Assembly: GCA_018606645.1 (NCBI GenBank)
Contig: JAGVRI010000008.1
Span: 68,036-132,035, forward strand
Source of the DNA: Chloroflexota bacterium
Lineage (GTDB): Bacteria; Chloroflexota; Anaerolineae; JAAYZQ01
Length of the DNA: 64,000 nt
Direction of reading: 5' to 3'
The notes beneath the pieces are model-generated. The model ran no database searches. It was given only the letters and a program-made list of their open reading frames with translations, and was not told the DNA's origin. Shown here in pieces: positions 45,884 to 56,391 of the stretch (the first letter of the stretch is position 1; each line of letters begins with the position of its first letter). A program made the position numbers and the translations under genes.

Positions 45884-46858
45884 ATGCTCGATCTGGGAAT
45901 TGTCATTGTCAATTACAATGTCCGCGATCTTTTGCGGGAGTGCCTGGCGTCGGTCCTGGAGAGCCGGGGGGATTTTACTTTTGAGGTGTGCGTGGTGGAT
46001 AATGGCTCGGGGGATGGCAGCGCCGAGATGGTGGCTTGCGACTTCCCCCAGGTACGCCTTATCCAGGCGGAAAACCAGGGCTATGCGGCGGGAAACAATC
46101 TAGGGTTGCGCGCCTTTGGGTTTCGGGACAAGCGGGAAGCGGAGAGCAGCGAGGATCAAGGAGAAGCGGAGGCGCTGCCCCGCTATCTATTGCTGCTGAA
46201 TCCTGATACCGTGCTGCCGCCGTCAGCCCTGGCCGATATGCTCGCCTTCATGGAGGAGCATCCTCGGGCGGGCGTCGCCGGCCCTCGTCTGGTGCGCGAG
46301 GACGGCAGCCTCGATTATGCCTGTCGGCGGAGTTTCCCCACGCCGGAAGTGGCTTTCTATCGGTTCTCTGGCTTGAGTCGGTTGTTCCCGCGCAGCCGGC
46401 GCTTCGGTCGCTACAATGTCACCTACCTGTCGCCCGACGTAACGACCGAAGTGGACTCGGTCGTCGGCGCCTTTATGCTGATCCGCAGCGAGGTACTGAC
46501 CCAGATCGGCCTGCTGGATGAACGATATTTCATGTACGCTGAAGACCTTGACTTTTGCTATCGGGCCAAGCAGCACGGCTGGCAGGTGTGGTACAATGCC
46601 GACGTGGTCGTGCTCCACTACAAGGGTGAATCAAGCCGACAAAGAAGCTCGTTCGCCACCCTCCAGTTCTATCGAACAATGCGCTTGTTCCACGATAAGC
46701 ACTACAAAGAACAGACCTTCTTCCTGGTGAACTGGATGATCTATGCGGCGGTGGCTCTTATGGGCGGGTGGGCGCTCTTGCGGGATCGAATGCGGCCAGC
46801 CGGTCAGCGGGGCGTGGCCTCGGCAGTCCCAGTGAGTGGGGGAAAGAGATCGAAATGA
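45884..46858 (+). CDS. glycosyltransferase family 2
   Basis: IVIVNYNVRDLLRECLASVL...VCVVDNGSGDGS. Confidence 0.75.
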   Translation: MLDLGIVIVNYNVRDLLRECLASVLESRGDFTFEVCVVDNGSGDGSAEMVACDFPQVRLIQAENQGYAAGNNLGLRAFGFRDKREAESSEDQGEAEALPRYLLLLNPDTVLPPSALADMLAFMEEHPRAGVAGPRLVREDGSLDYACRRSFPTPEVAFYRFSGLSRLFPRSRRFGRYNVTYLSPDVTTEVDSVVGAFMLIRSEVLTQIGLLDERYFMYAEDLDFCYRAKQHGWQVWYNADVVVLHYKGESSRQRSSFATLQFYRTMRLFHDKHYKEQTFFLVNWMIYAAVALMGGWALLRDRMRPAGQRGVASAVPVSGGKRSK

Positions 46859-48264
46859 AGCATAGAGCGAATCTCTTGTTCACCGTGTTGCTGGTACTCA
46901 ACGACGCGGCCATGGTCGTTGTCGCTTTCTACCTGGCCTATTGGCTGCGTCGCGTGGTGCCCGTGCCTCCAGCCATCAATATTGCACCCTTTGCGAATTA
47001 TGCCACGATGGTGATCATCCAGGTCATTGTCATGATCACCGTCTACTTTTTCTCCCGCCTGTACGACTTGAAACGGACCATGCCCCGGCTGGATGAATTC
47101 TACCGCCTCTTCGCGGTGACTTCGGTGGGCACCCTCATCACCGTGGCCCTTACCGCGATCCTGTTCAAGAACAGCACGCTCGAACTGGACTTTCCTCGGG
47201 TGATGATCATTTATGCCTGGCTTCTCACGGTGTTCCTGGTTGCCCTTGGTCGGTCCGTGCTGGTGATGGTGCGGAATTGGCTCCGCCGACGAGGGATATG
47301 GACAGACCGGCTGCTGATCGTAGGGACCGGGGATGTGGGACGGATGATCTTGCAAAAGGTTCGGCAGATGCCGCAGTTGGGCTATCAGGCCATCGGCTTT
47401 GTGGACGGGGAGCTTCCTTCGGGTCAGGAGATCATGGGCGTACCGGTGTTAGGCACGGTGGAGGATATCCCGGATCTGATCAAAGCTCACGGCATTCAGG
47501 AGGTAATCATTGGCCGTCCCGAGCTGAGCCATGAGGAACTGCTGGACATCATCGCCCGTTGTGAACGAGGCCAGGTAGGGATCAAGATCTTCCCGGATCT
47601 ATTCCAGATCATTGCCACCGAGCTCAGCATCGGGGACCTGGGCGGGTTACCGTTGCTCAGTGTACGGGATGTCGCTCTGCGGGGTTGGAAGCTAACGCTT
47701 AAGCGGGCGGTGGATCTGGTGGGCAGCGCGGTGCTGTTGGTGCTGCTTTCGCCGTTCCTGATGCTGGTGGCACTGGCTATCAAGCTGGATTCGCGAGGGC
47801 CCGTCTTCTACGCCCAGGAGCGAATGGGTCTGGATGCCAAACCGTTCTGGTGCCTGAAATTTCGCTCGATGCACACCGAGGCTGAGAAAGACGGACCCGG
47901 TTGGACCGTCGAGCAAGATCCGCGCGTGACGCGCCTGGGCCGGTTCATCCGTCGCTTTTCAATTGATGAGCTGCCGCAACTGATCAATGTGCTGTTAGGG
48001 GAAATGAGCCTGGTGGGTCCACGGCCTGAGCGACCGGTCTACGTCGAGCAATTCCGGCGCAGCATCCCTCGCTACATGGACCGCCACCGTGAAAAAGCGG
48101 GCATGACCGGCTGGGCGCAGGTGAATGGGCTTCGAGGGGACACGTCTATCGCCGAGCGAACCAAGTATGATCTATGGTATATTGAGAACTGGTCGCTCTG
48201 GCTTGATTTCAAGATCATGCTTCGGACTCTTTTGCGTATCTTTGGCGATCGTCACGCTTATTGA
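46855..48264 (+). CDS. full-length polyprenyl-phosphate hexose-1-phosphate transferase (WbaP/WcaJ/EpsL family initiating enzyme)
   Basis: N-terminal TM block, central Rossmann-like domain, C-terminal sugar-transferase domain with [24 protein letters not shown] and GWAQVNG. Confidence 0.8.
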   Translation: MKHRANLLFTVLLVLNDAAMVVVAFYLAYWLRRVVPVPPAINIAPFANYATMVIIQVIVMITVYFFSRLYDLKRTMPRLDEFYRLFAVTSVGTLITVALTAILFKNSTLELDFPRVMIIYAWLLTVFLVALGRSVLVMVRNWLRRRGIWTDRLLIVGTGDVGRMILQKVRQMPQLGYQAIGFVDGELPSGQEIMGVPVLGTVEDIPDLIKAHGIQEVIIGRPELSHEELLDIIARCERGQVGIKIFPDLFQIIATELSIGDLGGLPLLSVRDVALRGWKLTLKRAVDLVGSAVLLVLLSPFLMLVALAIKLDSRGPVFYAQERMGLDAKPFWCLKFRSMHTEAEKDGPGWTVEQDPRVTRLGRFIRRFSIDELPQLINVLLGEMSLVGPRPERPVYVEQFRRSIPRYMDRHREKAGMTGWAQVNGLRGDTSIAERTKYDLWYIENWSLWLDFKIMLRTLLRIFGDRHAY

Positions 48265-51200
48265 GACTGACTGGCCCTTTCCTGGTCCGATCGTTTGGTG
48301 GTGATCGCCTTTTTGATCTCATCTAGAAGCATCTCGACCGACAATGGTTTGGTCAGATATTGATCGGCTCCCAAACCCAACACGTGTACGCGGTCCTTTT
48401 CCTTATCCACGGGACTGGCGGTGATCACCACAATGGGGATGGAGCGGGTCGCCTCGTTCCCTTTGAGTTCTCGAATCACCTCGTAGCCATCCAGTCCAGG
48501 CATCTTGAGATCAAGCAAGATCAGGTCCGGTGGGTGTTGTTGCACCAGGTCCAGGGCCTGTTGACCCTCCGAAGCGGTCCCCACCTGGTAGCCATGGAAC
48601 GTCAGCGCCTGTTTCAAAAAGTCCAAAATATCAGGATCGTCATCCACGACCAGCACCTGGTCGGCCTGCTTGGTTCCAGCGCGGGATAAGGCCTGGCGGA
48701 CGCTGTGCAGCAGCTTTTCCTCATCGAAGGGCTTGACGACATAATCCACGGCGCCAAGGGCATATCCCTCTTCGGCGTGGTTGAGAATGGAGACCAGGAT
48801 GACAGGGATCGGCGCCGTCACCGGATCTCTCTTGAGTTGTTCCAACAGGTCGAATCCGTCTTGACCAGGAAGCATGATGTCCAAGGTGATCACCTGAGGT
48901 TGCTCTTCTCTGGCCAACCACAATGCGTCCTCGCCACTTCCGGCGAGGAGGACCTGGTATCCTTCCAACTCGAGATGTCGTCGCATCAGGAGTGCCAGGT
49001 CAGGATCGTCCTCAACAACCAGGATTTTGGATCGGCGGCCGCTCACGGTGGCGGGCTCGGGAGTCAATAATTCCGGCGGGATCTCGGGTGTAGCGTGAAC
49101 CGTGCGTGGCAAAGTGAAGCTGAAAGTAGAACCCTCTCCAAGTTTGCTCTCGACCCAGATCTGGCCGCCCAATAACTCTACGAACATCTTGACGATAGAC
49201 AACCCCAGACCGGTGCCACGGACCTCTCGCACCAGCGGATGATCGACTCGATAGAAGCGGTCAAAGATCCGCCCGATATCGTCTGGGCTGATGCCGATGC
49301 CGGTATCGCTCACATCCACCTGGACAAATCCTTCGGTGGGCTGCACCGAGATGCGGACTCGACCTCCACTGGGCGTATATTGCCAGGCGTTCGCGAGCAG
49401 GTTGTTCAGTATCTGGGTAACGCGGGCTGCGTCCCCACGCACCTGGGGCACGTCGGGTGGCGCCTGCCATTCCAGCGTCAGGTCTTTCTCGCGATATTGC
49501 TCCTGAAAAGCGATGACTGCGTCGGTGATGATCTGGCCCAGGTCCAAGGGCTCGATATTGAGACGTAGGCGCCCCGTTTCGATCCGCGAGATATCTAGAA
49601 TGTCGTTCACCAGAGCGGTCAGCCGATCGGCGTTCGATTTGATGATTTGCAAGAAACTGCGCTGGGCATCGGTAAGGCCCCCGGCCATGCCCAGGAACAG
49701 CAGATCGGTATAGCCTTTTATCGAGGTCATGGGAGTGCGAAGTTCGTGGGACACCGTCGAAATGAATTCGTTTTTCAGCCGCTCTACCTCGGCTTCCCGG
49801 CTAATGTCCTGCAGGGCTGCAACCAGGCCGGGCGGCTCCCCGCTGGCTGTGATCAGGGGTGTGATGTGCACCATCAGCACCCGATTCCCCGCTTCCAGGC
49901 GGACTGTTCCGCTTTGCAGGAGCTGGTTCTCATCCTTGGTCTCCAGTCGGGTGCGGAGTTCATGGTAGAGAGCCTGGGCAAGCTCGCATTGAGATGGTGT
50001 AGTTCCCAATCCCAGCATGAACCGGAAATGCCGTCCCTCGATCTTCTCTGCCGAGAACCCCAACAGCTCTTCAGCTACCGGGTTGACCAGGAGCACCTGC
50101 CCAGCGGGGTCCAAGACTAGAACGCCGTCCGCGATCGACTCCAGGATGGCCCGGTTCTTGGCCGCTTCGGCCCGCAGCACCTGGAGCATCTTCCCCAATT
50201 GATCGGCCTGTTCCGTAATGTAGCTGTATAAATCGGAGTTGTTGACCGCCACCGCAATCTGGGCCGCAGCGGCGGTGACCAGCCGCAAATGGTCCTCTGT
50301 AAAGTATCCGATCTCCGGATGTCCTAATGTAATCACGCCCAGGATGTCGCCGCCGCCCAGGGCCAGGGGAGCAGCGATGACTGACCGCACATTCAGGGTC
50401 GTTCCATTGATCTCGATCCAGCGGGGATCCTCCGCAATGTCGGGGACGAGCACTGGGGTGCGGTGGTCCAGGACCCAACCGGCCAGGCCCACGCCACTGC
50501 GCAGGGGAGTGCGCTCGCCTTTCCTTGCTCGCCCCTCATCGGGCCCCAGCGCCGCTCTCAGGTGGAGATAGCCTGTTTCCTGATCGAGTAAGGTAATCGT
50601 GCCATACTGAATTCCTAGCGCTTCTGCGAAGAGCTGGAGGGCGTGCTGGAGGACCCGTTGCAGATCGAACATGGCACTCAATTCACTGGTAATGCGGTAC
50701 AAGGTTTCGGCCCGATCTCGTTGAATTGTCAATTCGTGCAAGGCCTCAGCCAGATCTCGCGTGCGGGCCTCGACCCGGTCCTCGAGTTCATTGCTCAGAT
50801 TCACGATCCTCCGGTAAAGTTGGGCATTGCGCACAGCCACAGCCACCTGGGCGGCAATCGTGGACAGGAGGGCCAGCTCTTGTTCGCCATAGAGGCCTTC
50901 TCGATCGTAGCTCTGAACTGCCATCACTCCGACCACCTGGTCGGCAACGATCAGCGGCACTCCCATCCATGACTGGGCCCACTCTTGCGGTGACTCAATC
51001 CCATGTTCCTCATAAAAGGCCATCTGCTCCTGCCTACTTCGGAACAGCACCGGCTGACGGGTACGGATCATGTAGCCGATCAATCCTTCTTCTAATCTAT
51101 ATCGGGCCGGTGGTTCCGGTTGGCCATCTTTCAAAGCGTAGGCCAGTTCCCACTCGTCACTACCTTGGTCATGGGTGGCTACCAGGAAGCTGGTAGTATC

Positions 51201-52994
51201 CAGAACCCGCCCCACCTGCTGGTGTACGGTTTGCAAGAGATCGTCCAGTTGTAGAGCACTGTTGATGGCCCAGCCGATCTCGTTGACCGTGGCCAGTTCC
51301 TGCACCCGTTGCTGTAGCTGTTCGAACAAACGGGCGTTTTCCACGGCGATCGCTGCTTGATTGGCAAAAATGGAGAGCATTTCCAAAGTAGAACGGGAGG
51401 GGCGTTGGCCATCTTGCGGACCGTCCACAGAGATGTAGCCTAACAGTCGCCCGCCAGCGCCTCTCAACGGCGCCAGGAGCATGTCGTCCGGGTGCCACTG
51501 TCCCTCATGCCACTCGCGGATGGCCGGCATGGGAACCAGCGTATGGACCTCGGATTCCCAGTCTTGTTGCTTCTGAAAGGGGAAGAAGTAGCACAGGCCC
51601 TGGCGATACTCCTCGCGAAAGAGCCGTTCATAGCGTTCTGCCGGTTGAACGACTGCTTTCATCTCCTCGAACATGGCCAGGGGCACGCCAGCCGCTGCCA
51701 CCCGATGGACCATCGGAGGAGTGCCTTTGATCACGTTGATGACTACATAGTTAAAGCCCACTGTCTCCTGGATCGCGTAGGCAATCTCTTCCAGGATCTC
51801 TTCCAGGGGAACATCGGCCCGAAGCTTGTGGCTGACCTTCAGCAAACTGCCCATCTGTTCGCTGCGGCGCCGCAAGGCAGCGTTGAGTTGGACCTGTTCC
51901 TCGTAACGCATGGCATTGCCAATGGCAATCGATGCCTGTTCGGCCAGCGCCTGGACAAAATTCAGGTCCTCTGGGCTGAACGCCTCAACCCTGGTATGTT
52001 GCAAATGGATCAGACCCACCGTCTCGCCTTCGTACAAGATCGGCACAGCCATTGATGAACGTACGTCGGCCTGGGGCCAGGCTGCATCGCTCTCGATTCC
52101 AACATCGTTCATGAGCTGCGCCCTGCTGCTCTCCAGAGCCTCACGGGTGAGGCGGCAGTGCATCGGATCCAGGTTCGCAAGGACCTGCTGTTCTTCGGTT
52201 GAACCTCCATAGGCGGTGTGCAAGGTGAACTGTCCGGAGCTTGGTTCTTTGATCATGACATATCCACGAACTGCCCGGGTGGTCTGAGCCGCTGCTTCGA
52301 GGACCACTCGCAGGATGTGGTCTCGATCCAAGGTAGCCGTCAGCTCGCGAGCGATATGCTGCAGGGCCATCCATTCTTCCATCTGAGCGGGCGGCTCATG
52401 GTCAAGACGTCCGTCCGGGTTGCGGCAAGAAGTGCGTTCCAACTGTTCTCGGGAGGAGTGCACGATCAAAGTCAATCCCACGTAGATCAACAGACTACCG
52501 ATGAGCGGCACCCAGAACGATCCGCTCTCCAAGGTCCAGAACGATCCGTTCTCCAAGATCCAGGAAGTTGACCCTGAGCAGACAAACAGAAACCAGACAA
52601 TACCATTTGCGGCCAGGGCCGGCCCCAGGTCCAGGCGGGCGGCTATCAGCCCGATCAGGCTGCATCCCCACAATGCGGCCTGCATCGGGGAGCCACGGGT
52701 CCCCCAGAAGGCCCAGCCGGCGAAGGCGATGTCCGCTGCCGTCCATCCCCAGCCTTTCCACTGCGCCGGGCAAAACCGAGCCAATCCCCAATAGGCGGCA
52801 ATATGACCTCCCGCGGCCGCCACCAAAGCCAGGGCCCTGAGCCAGTCGCGCTCCAACGCCGCATAGCTTACGGGGAACAAGATTGCTATGCGCAACACCC
52901 AGACCAGGGCGTGCTCAATAGGATTGTGGGGCCAGATAAGCAGGTTCCTTTTGTTCGTGACTCTCGGTTGCAACCTGCGTTTCCTCCTGGACAC
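48258..52994 (-). CDS. 1578-aa hybrid sensor histidine kinase: N-terminal TM region, multiple GAF and PAS domains, HisKA + HATPase_c, two C-terminal receiver domains
   Basis: H-box SHELRTPMTSIKGYTDLL, G-box GTGLGLSIV, REC motifs KILVVEDDPDLA..LDIMLPGQDGF and QVLVVDDDPDIL..LDLKMPGLDGY. Confidence 0.8.
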   Translation of the reverse strand: MSRRKRRLQPRVTNKRNLLIWPHNPIEHALVWVLRIAILFPVSYAALERDWLRALALVAAAGGHIAAYWGLARFCPAQWKGWGWTAADIAFAGWAFWGTRGSPMQAALWGCSLIGLIAARLDLGPALAANGIVWFLFVCSGSTSWILENGSFWTLESGSFWVPLIGSLLIYVGLTLIVHSSREQLERTSCRNPDGRLDHEPPAQMEEWMALQHIARELTATLDRDHILRVVLEAAAQTTRAVRGYVMIKEPSSGQFTLHTAYGGSTEEQQVLANLDPMHCRLTREALESSRAQLMNDVGIESDAAWPQADVRSSMAVPILYEGETVGLIHLQHTRVEAFSPEDLNFVQALAEQASIAIGNAMRYEEQVQLNAALRRRSEQMGSLLKVSHKLRADVPLEEILEEIAYAIQETVGFNYVVINVIKGTPPMVHRVAAAGVPLAMFEEMKAVVQPAERYERLFREEYRQGLCYFFPFQKQQDWESEVHTLVPMPAIREWHEGQWHPDDMLLAPLRGAGGRLLGYISVDGPQDGQRPSRSTLEMLSIFANQAAIAVENARLFEQLQQRVQELATVNEIGWAINSALQLDDLLQTVHQQVGRVLDTTSFLVATHDQGSDEWELAYALKDGQPEPPARYRLEEGLIGYMIRTRQPVLFRSRQEQMAFYEEHGIESPQEWAQSWMGVPLIVADQVVGVMAVQSYDREGLYGEQELALLSTIAAQVAVAVRNAQLYRRIVNLSNELEDRVEARTRDLAEALHELTIQRDRAETLYRITSELSAMFDLQRVLQHALQLFAEALGIQYGTITLLDQETGYLHLRAALGPDEGRARKGERTPLRSGVGLAGWVLDHRTPVLVPDIAEDPRWIEINGTTLNVRSVIAAPLALGGGDILGVITLGHPEIGYFTEDHLRLVTAAAAQIAVAVNNSDLYSYITEQADQLGKMLQVLRAEAAKNRAILESIADGVLVLDPAGQVLLVNPVAEELLGFSAEKIEGRHFRFMLGLGTTPSQCELAQALYHELRTRLETKDENQLLQSGTVRLEAGNRVLMVHITPLITASGEPPGLVAALQDISREAEVERLKNEFISTVSHELRTPMTSIKGYTDLLFLGMAGGLTDAQRSFLQIIKSNADRLTALVNDILDISRIETGRLRLNIEPLDLGQIITDAVIAFQEQYREKDLTLEWQAPPDVPQVRGDAARVTQILNNLLANAWQYTPSGGRVRISVQPTEGFVQVDVSDTGIGISPDDIGRIFDRFYRVDHPLVREVRGTGLGLSIVKMFVELLGGQIWVESKLGEGSTFSFTLPRTVHATPEIPPELLTPEPATVSGRRSKILVVEDDPDLALLMRRHLELEGYQVLLAGSGEDALWLAREEQPQVITLDIMLPGQDGFDLLEQLKRDPVTAPIPVILVSILNHAEEGYALGAVDYVVKPFDEEKLLHSVRQALSRAGTKQADQVLVVDDDPDILDFLKQALTFHGYQVGTASEGQQALDLVQQHPPDLILLDLKMPGLDGYEVIRELKGNEATRSIPIVVITASPVDKEKDRVHVLGLGADQYLTKPLSVEMLLDEIKKAITTKRSDQERASQSQ

Positions 52995-53026
52995 GGGGAA
53001 AGCTCCTTAGCCTATGCCCGTTGGGT

Positions 53027-53911
53027 TCAACCACGACGTCGCGCCTCGGCCGCCACCTCGGTGATCTCTCGAATGTCGGAAAAAGGAACGGTGTCGTGCT
53101 GGATCTGTCCAATGGCTAATGTCATCAAAGGCGCTCGCTGCGTTCTGCCGCTGCTGTCCACGATTTCGACGTAACCGCGCTCCCGATCCTTGAAACTATA
53201 GAAAGTGACAACCTCGTTCTGGAAACGTTGTTGGAGGCGAGCCTTCATGGGGGCAGCGGCCTCCGGGGTGGTGATGATCAGAAAATCATCCCGGCCGATA
53301 TGGCCGACAAATTCGGTCCCGGCGCCGAGTTCATCCACGACCTCGGTGAGGAGCATCGCCGTGAAACGCAGTACATCATCACCGGCCACGAACCCGTAGA
53401 CGTCGTTGAATTCGTCCATGTGATTGACCCCGATGTACAACAATGCCCAATCCTTGCGGCGCATAAGCTGACGAAGCTGGTCTTCAATCAGTTTACTGCT
53501 AGGCAAGCCGGTCACCGGGCTGGTCAGGCTCAGTCGGTTAGCTCGCTGGAGTGAATTCTGTACCCGGAGCAGCAAGAGCTGCAGATCGAAGGGTTTGGTG
53601 ATATAGTCATCGGCTCCCAGTTCCAGACCGGCAATCTGATCGCTCCGTTCGTCCCGCTGGGTCAGGAAGATAATCGGGATGTGGCTGGTGCGGAGGTTGG
53701 CACGCAAGCGACGGCAGACCTCATATCCATCGATGTCGGGCAACATGATATCCAGGATAATCAGGTGAGGCAGCTTGCGCCGGCATATGTCCAGCGCTTC
53801 TTCGCCACGGAGGGCGACCATCGTTTCAAACCCCTGGGAATCGAAATAGATTCGTAGCATTTTGGAAATATCCACGTCATCCTCGACGATAAGTAAACGA
53901 CCCTTGCCCAT
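53027..53911 (-). CDS. response regulator with GGDEF domain carrying a degenerate GRDDF active-site motif
   Basis: REC N-domain (LLIVEDDVDI...LDIMLPDIDGY); GGDEF-fold C-domain with HIGRDDFLII where RYGG(D/E)EF is expected. Confidence 0.7.
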   Translation of the reverse strand: MGKGRLLIVEDDVDISKMLRIYFDSQGFETMVALRGEEALDICRRKLPHLIILDIMLPDIDGYEVCRRLRANLRTSHIPIIFLTQRDERSDQIAGLELGADDYITKPFDLQLLLLRVQNSLQRANRLSLTSPVTGLPSSKLIEDQLRQLMRRKDWALLYIGVNHMDEFNDVYGFVAGDDVLRFTAMLLTEVVDELGAGTEFVGHIGRDDFLIITTPEAAAPMKARLQQRFQNEVVTFYSFKDRERGYVEIVDSSGRTQRAPLMTLAIGQIQHDTVPFSDIREITEVAAEARRRG

Positions 53912-53992
53912 CTCGCTTCATTCCTCCCTTGCCCTTGGATTCTTTCATCTCTCGCAGTGCCTAGCCGGCTTTTGCTGGTATCCATCAGTTTC

Positions 53993-55078
53993 TCAGATTT
54001 TGACATACAATGCCTGGTGAGCTTTCTGCTTAACCCGTGCGATCATTTCAGGGGTCAGGTTCTTTCCCAGGCTGTACAGATTTGAAAGGTGAAACCCGTG
54101 TTTCCGGGCCAGTTGAGCGATCTCGTCAATTCGTTGCAGAGATAGTTCTTTGCCGAGAGTAAAACACTCGTACCGCCCTTCCAGGGTAAGGATCATCGTC
54201 TCGGCCATACAGCCGTAGACTGTGCCTGGCGGAAGGCCAATGTCAAACCCGAGGTTCATTTCTCCGGGAACAGCCGCCACTCCGCCATCGATCAGGAGCA
54301 CATCAGTTCGCACTCTGCGGACCTCAGGGTGGACGCTGGGAGGGCGGGCCACATCACACACGATGGCTCCCCGTTTGAGGTGCTCCGGTTTGATGATGGG
54401 GACCGTCGCACTGGAAACGGCCACCACCAGATCGGCTTCCGAAAGGGCGGCGAGATCGGTGGCGACCACGGCCTGAGTTCCAAATGATTCGACCAGGTGC
54501 TGCACTGCCTGTAATCGATCTCTGTGGCGGCCGATCAGGATCAGTCTGGGAACGTTTCGGGCAAGCAAGTGGCTGCACGCTTTTCCCAAAGAGCCTGAAG
54601 CGCCCACGATCGCGGCCGAGCAATCTGTCAATTCGATATTCATCCGCTTTGCCGCCTCATGAACCGCCTCCATGGTGAGAGCGACGGTATAGCTGTGGCC
54701 AGTCGTGACCGGTATCGACAAGCGGTTCGAAATGGTAACGCCGGCATCTCCGACGACGGAGGTAAAGGCTCCTAACCCCAACAGCCGGGCGCCTAGCCGT
54801 TCAGCAAGATGGCCCGTCTGGACGATTTTGTCATAGGCGGTGGACAGGGGGGCCTGGAGCATCTGTTTTGGTGTGAGAGGGCAGGCCAGCAACCAGCCTT
54901 CGATCTCTTGTCCCGTGGCTTCCGAACGGATGCCGGTGATGTGGGCCAGACGGACGGGAGGAAAGAAGCGGGAGCCAAAGTCTACCACGGACGGCGGCAG
55001 CCTGCCCAGCAAGGGAAATTTGCGGGCGACATCCCTTTGAGGTTCGACAGGATGGACTATAAAGGCAAAAGAGGTCAT
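53993..55078 (-). CDS. NAD(P)-binding Rossmann-fold oxidoreductase, shikimate/quinate dehydrogenase-like
   Basis: glycine-rich loop AIVGASGSLGKA and overall two-domain layout; family assignment tentative. Confidence 0.35.
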   Translation of the reverse strand: MTSFAFIVHPVEPQRDVARKFPLLGRLPPSVVDFGSRFFPPVRLAHITGIRSEATGQEIEGWLLACPLTPKQMLQAPLSTAYDKIVQTGHLAERLGARLLGLGAFTSVVGDAGVTISNRLSIPVTTGHSYTVALTMEAVHEAAKRMNIELTDCSAAIVGASGSLGKACSHLLARNVPRLILIGRHRDRLQAVQHLVESFGTQAVVATDLAALSEADLVVAVSSATVPIIKPEHLKRGAIVCDVARPPSVHPEVRRVRTDVLLIDGGVAAVPGEMNLGFDIGLPPGTVYGCMAETMILTLEGRYECFTLGKELSLQRIDEIAQLARKHGFHLSNLYSLGKNLTPEMIARVKQKAHQALYVKI

Positions 55079-55134
55079 CCTTACCGGTCCAGACGATGAA
55101 TTACTTGCCTTCTATTCCGTCCGTTCACCAGCTA

Positions 55135-56382
55135 TTAACGCGGGTAGAATCTTGGATGCAACCCGGCGTCGGGCCATCGAAGATGGTCGCTGTCCTCGTA
55201 GGTGACATTGTGCGAAATCACAGACCTCGTATCCGTGTGGGCCAGCACTACATCTGATTCGATGGTTCTGGCCGGATAAATGGTCAGATCGGCCCCGATA
55301 CGGCAATGATGCCCGACACATCCCCCCAGCACAGTCATGCCCACTTCTTCCAGTTGGCCACGATGGAGAGTCCGAAGTGGCTTGGGGATCAGGTTAAAGT
55401 CGGTAAAGGTTGTGCCTGCACCGACGAACGAATCCCGTCCAACCACACAGAATTGGAGACAGGCGTTCTGGGCCACCATGGTGTCTTCCATCAAGGTGGT
55501 CATGAACAGCGAAGCACGGAACGGGAGATAACAGCGATCGCCGACGACGCTGATCAGCAGTTTGTTCCCATGCAAGATACTGACATTGTTGCCGATGATG
55601 CAGTTCGAAATGACCACGCCAGCCCCGATGTAGACATTGTCGCCGATGACGGTGGGTCCCTGAATCACGGCCGTGGGATCGATCTGGGTGTTGCGGCCGA
55701 CCTTGACCAGTTTGGAGCAGGAGAGAAACTGTTTCCGTTCCAGCAGGGCCCTCCAAAAGATCGAAAGCCGCACACCGAGTTTGTCCAGACTTCTCTCCAT
55801 CCGCGCCCCCTCGGCCAGAACGCCAAACAGGCAGTTGGCGGTAAAGATGTGCACCCAGTTCTCAATGGATAGGAAAGCCCGCAAGGGAATCTGAAAAATC
55901 AGATCCCCCTTCTCGTCCGACATATGCGTGGGGACGTGGTAGGATCCAAACTCGTAGGCACCCGTATCGATCACCAGAGGTCGGGTGATCTCTTCCAGTC
56001 CGCGGGGGTAATACCACATATTGGCCACGTAGACATCGCCTTCTCGTCGAATGCCACTCTGCAGAGGCAAGGCGTGCCTGTTGATGACCGGATCGTCCAA
56101 GGAAAAGGCCACACGGCATGCTTTTCCCAGCCTTCGAGCTTTAGCCAGAAAGGTCTCGATAAACGCCTGGTCGAAAAAGAGGTTATCCTGGTAGATCAAA
56201 GTCTCTTCGTATTGGTCGGGCGGAATCTGCTCAAAGAAATCTACCTCAAGCTCCGAGGTGCAGCACGGTTCGAGCAAATCCTTCTGATGCAGCCACAGCG
56301 GCTTGTTCAGCACCCTCAGATCGCGTGCCGGCTCGTTGAACGGTGAGATCTTGCGTTTGTCACGAATCACTACTATTCTCAT
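55135..56382 (-). CDS. hexapeptide-repeat (left-handed beta-helix) protein, GlmU C-terminal-like, with an N-terminal nucleotidyltransferase-like domain
   Basis: runs of [LIV]G.N..IG....I hexapeptides in the C-terminal 200 aa. Confidence 0.45.
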   Translation of the reverse strand: MRIVVIRDKRKISPFNEPARDLRVLNKPLWLHQKDLLEPCCTSELEVDFFEQIPPDQYEETLIYQDNLFFDQAFIETFLAKARRLGKACRVAFSLDDPVINRHALPLQSGIRREGDVYVANMWYYPRGLEEITRPLVIDTGAYEFGSYHVPTHMSDEKGDLIFQIPLRAFLSIENWVHIFTANCLFGVLAEGARMERSLDKLGVRLSIFWRALLERKQFLSCSKLVKVGRNTQIDPTAVIQGPTVIGDNVYIGAGVVISNCIIGNNVSILHGNKLLISVVGDRCYLPFRASLFMTTLMEDTMVAQNACLQFCVVGRDSFVGAGTTFTDFNLIPKPLRTLHRGQLEEVGMTVLGGCVGHHCRIGADLTIYPARTIESDVVLAHTDTRSVISHNVTYEDSDHLRWPDAGLHPRFYPR

Positions 56383-56391
56383 GTTGCCCCA

